The notes beneath the pieces were generated by a model. The model was given only the letters and a program-made list of their open reading frames with translations. It was not told the DNA's origin and made no database searches. Source: Octopus vulgaris (Eukaryota). From it: a stretch of 64,000 nucleotides of DNA. Made by a program: the position numbers and the translations under genes. Below, in pieces: positions 58,171 through 64,000 of this stretch (within the stretch, counting starts at the first letter, position 1; each line of letters starts with the position of its first letter). The DNA lies in the NCBI GenBank assembly GCA_951406725.2, contig OX597832.1, forward strand, positions 34,658,001 through 34,722,000, written 5' to 3'.

Positions 58171-59405
58171 TTTTCTTCCTTCAATACGGATCATTCCAAA
58201 TACTCCTACTCTCACTGGTATTGTAACCGCCTTGAGATGCCACATTCTTTTCGATTTCAATGGGAAATCTTTCTATTTGCTGAGCTTATCAAATTCTTTT
58301 GCCGTGATATTATGATTACAAAAAATATGTCGATCAATAAACAAACTTTATTCTTTTGGCTTTTCACAATATCCGGTTTATTCGCTTCATGATTGTTATT
58401 ATTGTTATTATTTACTTTTAATCTGCATGTTTGTTACAATCACTTGCCCTAGGACGAAAGAAGGCTAAGAGATGTTACAGTATGATTGACAGCTTGGGGA
58501 GAGGAAGTAGCCGGGGCAGTAGTGAAATATCTTCATATAATACAACACATATTTAAAGTGAGAATTTTTCTAAGGATGTGGGCAGTACCAATTAGCACAA
58601 TTCTTTGGATTTCTCTGAGACATAGTTCTCCTGGAATATTATCTAGATGTTTCTAACATCCCTTTCTTATCATACCTAGGGCACTCACAATAACAGGAAC
58701 AGTTCTCGTTTTAAGGTGCCACATCTTTTGTATTTCAATTTCCATGTCCTTATATTTACTTAATTTGTCAAATTCCTTTACAGATATATCTTTATCAGGA
58801 GGAACACTTAGATCTATTAGACTACAACTATTCCCTTCCCTGTTTTTAACGACAGTATCTGGTCGATTAGCCTGGATCGTTCTGTCAGGGTTGACTGGAA
58901 AATCTCAGAGGATAGTGACATTTTCACCTTCAACGACTGGGTCAGGATAATATTCATATCAGTAAGCAGGAGTGCCGATTTTGTAGTGTTTACATATTTT
59001 CCAGTGTAAATACTGTCCTATCCTATCATGGCGATTTTTGTATTCGTTTGATGTCAGCACAGGACATTCCGAGACGAGATGGTCTATTGTTTCATTAAAT
59101 TTATCGCAGAATTTACATTTAGGGTCAGAATCATTTTGAAAAACGTTAGCCCGGTAGTTTTCGGTAAGCAAGCTTTGTGCCGCTGATATAAAACCTTCAG
59201 ACTTTGCCTTCAGTCCTGAACTTCTCGGCCACTGATGGGTTGTTGCTTGGTCTACATCAGCATTTCGACTTCGAAGTATATACTGTCCATGCAGAGACTT
59301 CTGGCTTCACCGCTCCTCAATTTATTTCTGCCCGTTCTTTTTGTAGTCTGTTCGATCCATTTTGCTTGTTTATTGGCAGTGGTTTCAGGTTCTTCATATA
59401 TTTTA
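58170..59405 (-). mobile_element. Two further R4/Dong-like LINE 3' fragments
   Basis: 58170-58392: EANKPDIV..CLLID..KEFDKLSK. 58420-59405: CKFCDKFNETIDHLVSEC..YKNRHD, QANRPDTV, KEFDKLSKYKDMEIEIQKMWHLK..VPVIVSALG. Confidence 0.88.
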
Positions 59406-59411
59406 GGATTA

Positions 59412-59660
59412 ATGCCTCATCAGGTGACATAATAGGGTTCCAAGTTACATAAGTGACATTTCGCTCATAGGCTTAGCTCGATGATGATGTTGGTAGTAGT
59501 CCCGAAATGTCACGTAACTTGGAACTCTATTATGTCATCTGATGAGGCATGTCTGCACTGTGGGGTGCAATGAAATTCATCATGTCATTCCCCACCCACT
59601 AGGGAGCAATGCAGAACTAAACGGAAACGATCGTTGTATGTTGTGATAAAATTTGCAGCC
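59412..59660. mobile_element. Short fold-back plus degenerate hammerhead
   Basis: Arms 59412-59463 / 59503-59550. On +: CTGATGA(59539-45)...tctgca...tgcaga...GAAA(59624-27)-cgatcg-TT; stems imperfect. Confidence 0.55.
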
Positions 59661-59704
59661 TACTCTGGCTTCCATATCAGTTATTTAGAATGTGTGTGTG
59701 AGTG

Positions 59705-59737
<33 letters not shown>

Positions 59738-59839
59738 ATGTATATATGTATGTATGTATGTATATATATTTACTATATGCGTGTGTATATATATATATAT
59801 ACACACACATACATACATATATATGTATATATACATACC

Positions 59840-59883
<44 letters not shown>

Positions 59884-61381
59884 TACATACATACATACAT
59901 ACATACATACATACACACACATACAGACATCAGGTAAGTAGAGGCTTACTCTATGTCGGCAAGATTCTCTACAATTGATGATTCTCTGTCTCCATTTTAT
60001 ACTTTTATAAATTCCTTTCGTCTGTGGCTGGAATTGAATCAGTATTCTTTAAGATCTGCTGCTCTCTTCTCAACAGAACTTTTTGTATTGGGAACTTTTA
60101 TTCCGTTCAAAAGTAATTTAGCAATTTCGCACTGGACAACAAAAAAATAATAGTAATACTAATAAAACCTATTTTGACAGAGGTAAAACACTCATAAGAA
60201 GTAATATTATAACAATGTTTACCGTTTATTTTAGTCTCTTTGAAACGAAACACGAAAAAAAAAAATACCAAAGGCTATTTTCTAAACGTGAAAAGCAAAC
60301 TAGTTGATAGCGGATATTCAGCTAACGGGGTCTTTCTTATTTTCTTTCTTCTGCTACTTCTTTCTTTTTCTCTGTAGATAGATATTACTTCTCTCCTAAA
60401 GATAGATATTACTTCTCTCCTAAAGATAGATTTGTCCACGCGTTAAAATCTTCGATCTTGAGAAAGAAAAGAAGTAAAATAGGAAATGGAGAAAAATATT
60501 GCGCTGACACAGGAACAATTATTGTTCACAAATACTTTATAATGCCTCCGGTATAAATAATGTTTTTCATTGTGTGTGTTCATTGTTGAAGCTACAATTT
60601 GTTGAACGAAAGCATTAAGTTGGCTATAATAACCTGTATTGTACTGTACAGTAAGTCTGCTTGCCTGCTGTCTGTCTGACTGGTTGGTTAGCTGGCTGGT
60701 TGGTTGGTTGGTTGGTTGGTTGGTTGGTTGGTTGGTTAGTTGGTTGGTTGGTTGGTTGGTTGGTTGTATATTATCGTCTGCTACTTCCATCTTAATACTG
60801 TGTGTTAAATAATGATGGATAAACGATGCTGCAGTAACCTATTGTTAGGGCGGCCATATTTGATTTGTTTGCTTAAAGAATAGTTTTTCACATTATCGAA
60901 TTCTGTTATTGGACATTAATTACTTGAAGATTTAGTAATTTATTTTTCCAAAACTCCTCTCATTTATGCATTCGATCTTGTTGCTGTTGTTTTCCTCGTC
61001 ACCGTTATCATCTCTGCTGTTGTTATTTTTGTTAGCTTCATTTATTTATTTATTTTGTGGTTTATACTCGCAGCAGTTCTCACCGAATACTCCAATGATT
61101 AAAGACATTTCCAACCTTGACCATCCCGTTTTGTTTTCAAGTAGAGCCTATGTAAGACCAAATTATCCGAAATGTATTTACTTTCTCAATGCGGTAGGGT
61201 GTAATTGGCGAGAAATTTAGCTGATAATTCTAATAAATCGAATGAACACAAACAGGCCTACTCGGTGATCCTACGTCGTCATTTGCCTCCCAGATCAAGT
61301 CTCATGTAATACAGAAAATAAACGACTACGTAGGTTCTCTCATATCCCAAGTATTAGTCTCATTGTTTTTATTATAATAAA

Positions 61382-61440
<59 letters not shown>

Positions 61441-61751
61441 CATGGTTCCGGGTTCAGTTCCACTACGTGGCACTTTGGGCAAGTATCTTCTACTATAGCC
61501 TCGGACAAACTAAAGCCTTGTGACTGGATTTGGTAGACGGAAATTGAAAGAAGCCCGTCGTATATATGTATATATATATTTGTCCCCCAAACATCACGTG
61601 ATAACCGATGCTGGTGTGTTTACGTCCCCGTAACTTAGCGATTCGACAAAAGAAACCGATAGAATAAGTCCTGGAGTCGATTTGCTCGACTAAAGGCGGT
61701 GCTCCAGCATGGCCACAGTCGAATGACTGAAACAAGTAAAAGAGTAAAAGA

Positions 61752-61752
<1 letters not shown>
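61441..61752 (+). mobile_element. SINE family A (5'-clipped)
   Basis: catggttccgggttcagttcc...ggcggtgctccagcatggccacagtcgaatgactgaaacaagtaaaagagtaaaagag. Another copy at 63340-63625. Confidence 0.9.
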
Positions 61753-61791
<39 letters not shown>

Positions 61792-62188
61792 CAAAATTGG
61801 ATGAGACAATACAAAACGTCCAGACATGTAATACAAAAAAGGGACAACAAAACATCCAGATAGACGATACAAAGAAAACAAGGACGGGTCATTCGGAGTA
61901 TTCTTTCCTCAGTCGAGTTCCAGATTATCTTTGCAAATTCGATTGGTTATACTCGAGATTGCTCCAATCTGGTCAGCCCCAAGGAAAACTAAGCTAAGAA
62001 CATTATATTCCTTGGAAGAAAGCAACGAATGTATACGAAAACAAGGACGGAAAAAACGGAGAATGTTACACAAACACAAATAACAGGACACAACAACAGG
62101 TGTCTTTCGACTAAGGACGAATTAAATTAAGCTGGTGTGTGTGGAAGTAAAGCCTTACGGCAGGGATCTCCCTGTGCCTGTGAAATCT

Positions 62189-62228
<40 letters not shown>

Positions 62229-62236
62229 CATATATA

Positions 62237-62276
<40 letters not shown>

Positions 62277-62317
62277 CATATATATATATGTGTATATATA
62301 TATATATATATATAAGC

Positions 62318-62364
<47 letters not shown>

Positions 62365-62366
62365 TG

Positions 62367-62406
<40 letters not shown>

Positions 62407-62584
62407 TGTATGTATATATATATTTATATATAATGCATGTATATAAAGAAGAACCACCATGTAGCAGTTCAACAATGATATACTTAAATCATACCATATA
62501 GAAAAAATTAAAGATACGATAAAACATTTACCTAGAACTAAATAAAGGACGAAATAATGAATAAATAGTATATAATTAGTAAAT

Positions 62585-62666
62585 ACACTACACGTGTTTC
62601 GTGGCTATATTTTCAATTTGATAACAATAAAATCAATTCAATTTAAATAGTCATTCATCAGGTCCA
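62585..62666 (-). ncRNA. Hammerhead candidate in an AT-rich island (62440-63040) between (TA)n tracts
   Basis: Reverse complement: ac-CTGATGA-atgactattt...atatagccac-GAAA-cacgtg-TA-gt. Same stem II base pattern (tgac...gcca) as the 38636 copy. Confidence 0.7.
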
Positions 62667-63634
62667 AGATAAAAACAATAAAATAATTAAATAAATGTAC
62701 GTATATTATCTTATAAGAAAATATAAATATATATAAAAATACGTAATTTTTCAATAAAAATCGAACAAAATTCAACAATATATCTTAAAACAAAAACACG
62801 AAATATCTTATCGAATATATTCTGTTAACTAAATCTTTAAACTTAATACGTAGGACCTAGTGTTTATAATAAATTTATCTCATTAAAAACGTGGCGTAAA
62901 TAAAACTAGAATAAATAAAGAGAAATATTTATTTTATCAATGAAAATATATTTTAGCTTATAGAATAAAAATAACAAACCATAGTATATCATTACTGGAA
63001 AATTAAGATACAAGTAATTAAAAGAAAATATTTAAAACAATATATATATATATATATATATATAAAATACATAATATACTTTAAGTGAAGCTAAAATACT
63101 ATAATCCAATGTATATCCATTAAATTATTTATTTATGTATTTATTAAATAAACATCTAAGTTTAATCCTATTCCAATTATGTAATATATACAAAAAAATC
63201 CCACAAACTATAAATACAAGAATTAAAAGTAGAAAAATGGTTCAATTATATACACGCAAATTAGTTAAACTTATTATATAATTAATTCAATTTATGTATA
63301 GATTCAATATTTCACTCATTTATAGAATTATATTATAGATTCAGGTCGACCAAAGCCTTGTGAGTGGGTTTCGTACACGAACACTGAAAAAAGACTGTTG
63401 TATATATGTGTATATTTGTGTGTGTGAGTGTGTTTGTATCCCCACCATTGCTTGACAACCGATGTTGCTGTGTTTACATTCCCATAACTTAGCAGTTCGG
63501 TAAAAGACACTGATAAAATAAGTACTAGGCTTACAAATGATAAATCCTGTGGTTGATTAATTCAACCATCGGTGATGCTCCAGCATGGCCGCAGTCACAT
63601 GACTGAAACAAGTAAAGCAATAAAAAAAACTGTC

Positions 63635-63668
63635 ATTTTAGCCCGAGCAAGGCCCGATATTTCTGCTA

Positions 63669-63670
<2 letters not shown>
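63635..63670 (+). mobile_element. Isolated Helitron-like 3' end
   Basis: gcccgagcaaggcccgatatttctgCTAG^T, resembling the cccggcaacg..ggg hairpin at 49462; followed by (AT)n. Confidence 0.45.
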
Positions 63671-63705
<35 letters not shown>

Positions 63706-64000
63706 AGGAAAAATTATAATAGAGCAGAATGCTAAATTGAAAGTAAATTTTAATAAAAATGGGTGTATGGAAAATTAAAAAAAAGAAAAAATAATAAATC
63801 AAACCGGTTTTCATCGCAAGGCAAATTTTCAAGATTTGGAAGGGGAAAATAATTTTTTTTAAATTGAGGAAGGGGAAAAAAGAAATTTACAATGTTTTTT
63901 TCAAAAAAATAATAATACATATATAGAAATATTAATAAATAAGTATACCGATACATTGTAGAGTCTTTATACTTTTAGAGTTCAATAATAGTCCTTGGAA

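Noticed and set aside
59945-60135. Possible minus-strand exon (ttgtccag acceptor, gtaag donor)
   Set aside because: All three frames contain stops.
60377-60431. 23-bp tandem duplication (gatagatattacttctctcctaaa-like)
   Set aside because: Simple local duplication with no further structure.
61790-62190. Island between (TA)n tracts with hammerhead-like pieces on the minus strand (ctgacca-gattgg...ccaatc-gaat)
   Set aside because: Probably another PLE-type remnant, but both core boxes deviate, so it is not counted as a ribozyme.

Overview
Eukaryotic, very AT-rich and repeat-saturated DNA. The SINE families and the extreme microsatellite load point to an octopus/coleoid cephalopod genome (inference). 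Nearly all ORFs in the supplied track are artefacts of (TA)n, (CA)n, (TACA)n and (TAA)n tracts. Real coding signal: one probable host exon (51206-51425, +) and transposon remnants. These are an APE-endonuclease start and 3' ends of a CR1/L2-group LINE, a split RTE LINE, about 10 fragments of R4/Dong-like RT + restriction-like-endonuclease LINEs, a Tc1/mariner (maT-like) element, a Helitron-like element and a Penelope-like GIY-YIG element. There are also many tRNA-headed SINEs and a U6 snRNA fragment. The most striking hidden signal: the short unique islands between (TA)n tracts repeatedly carry type I hammerhead ribozyme cores (CUGANGA...GAAA-short palindrome-UH; about 12 complete or near-complete cores). 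Most sit in long fold-back structures and many have an unusually long stem II. One flanks a GIY-YIG ORF, which ties the set to Penelope-like retroelements associated with (TA)n. All calls are by eye; no database search or folding program was run.
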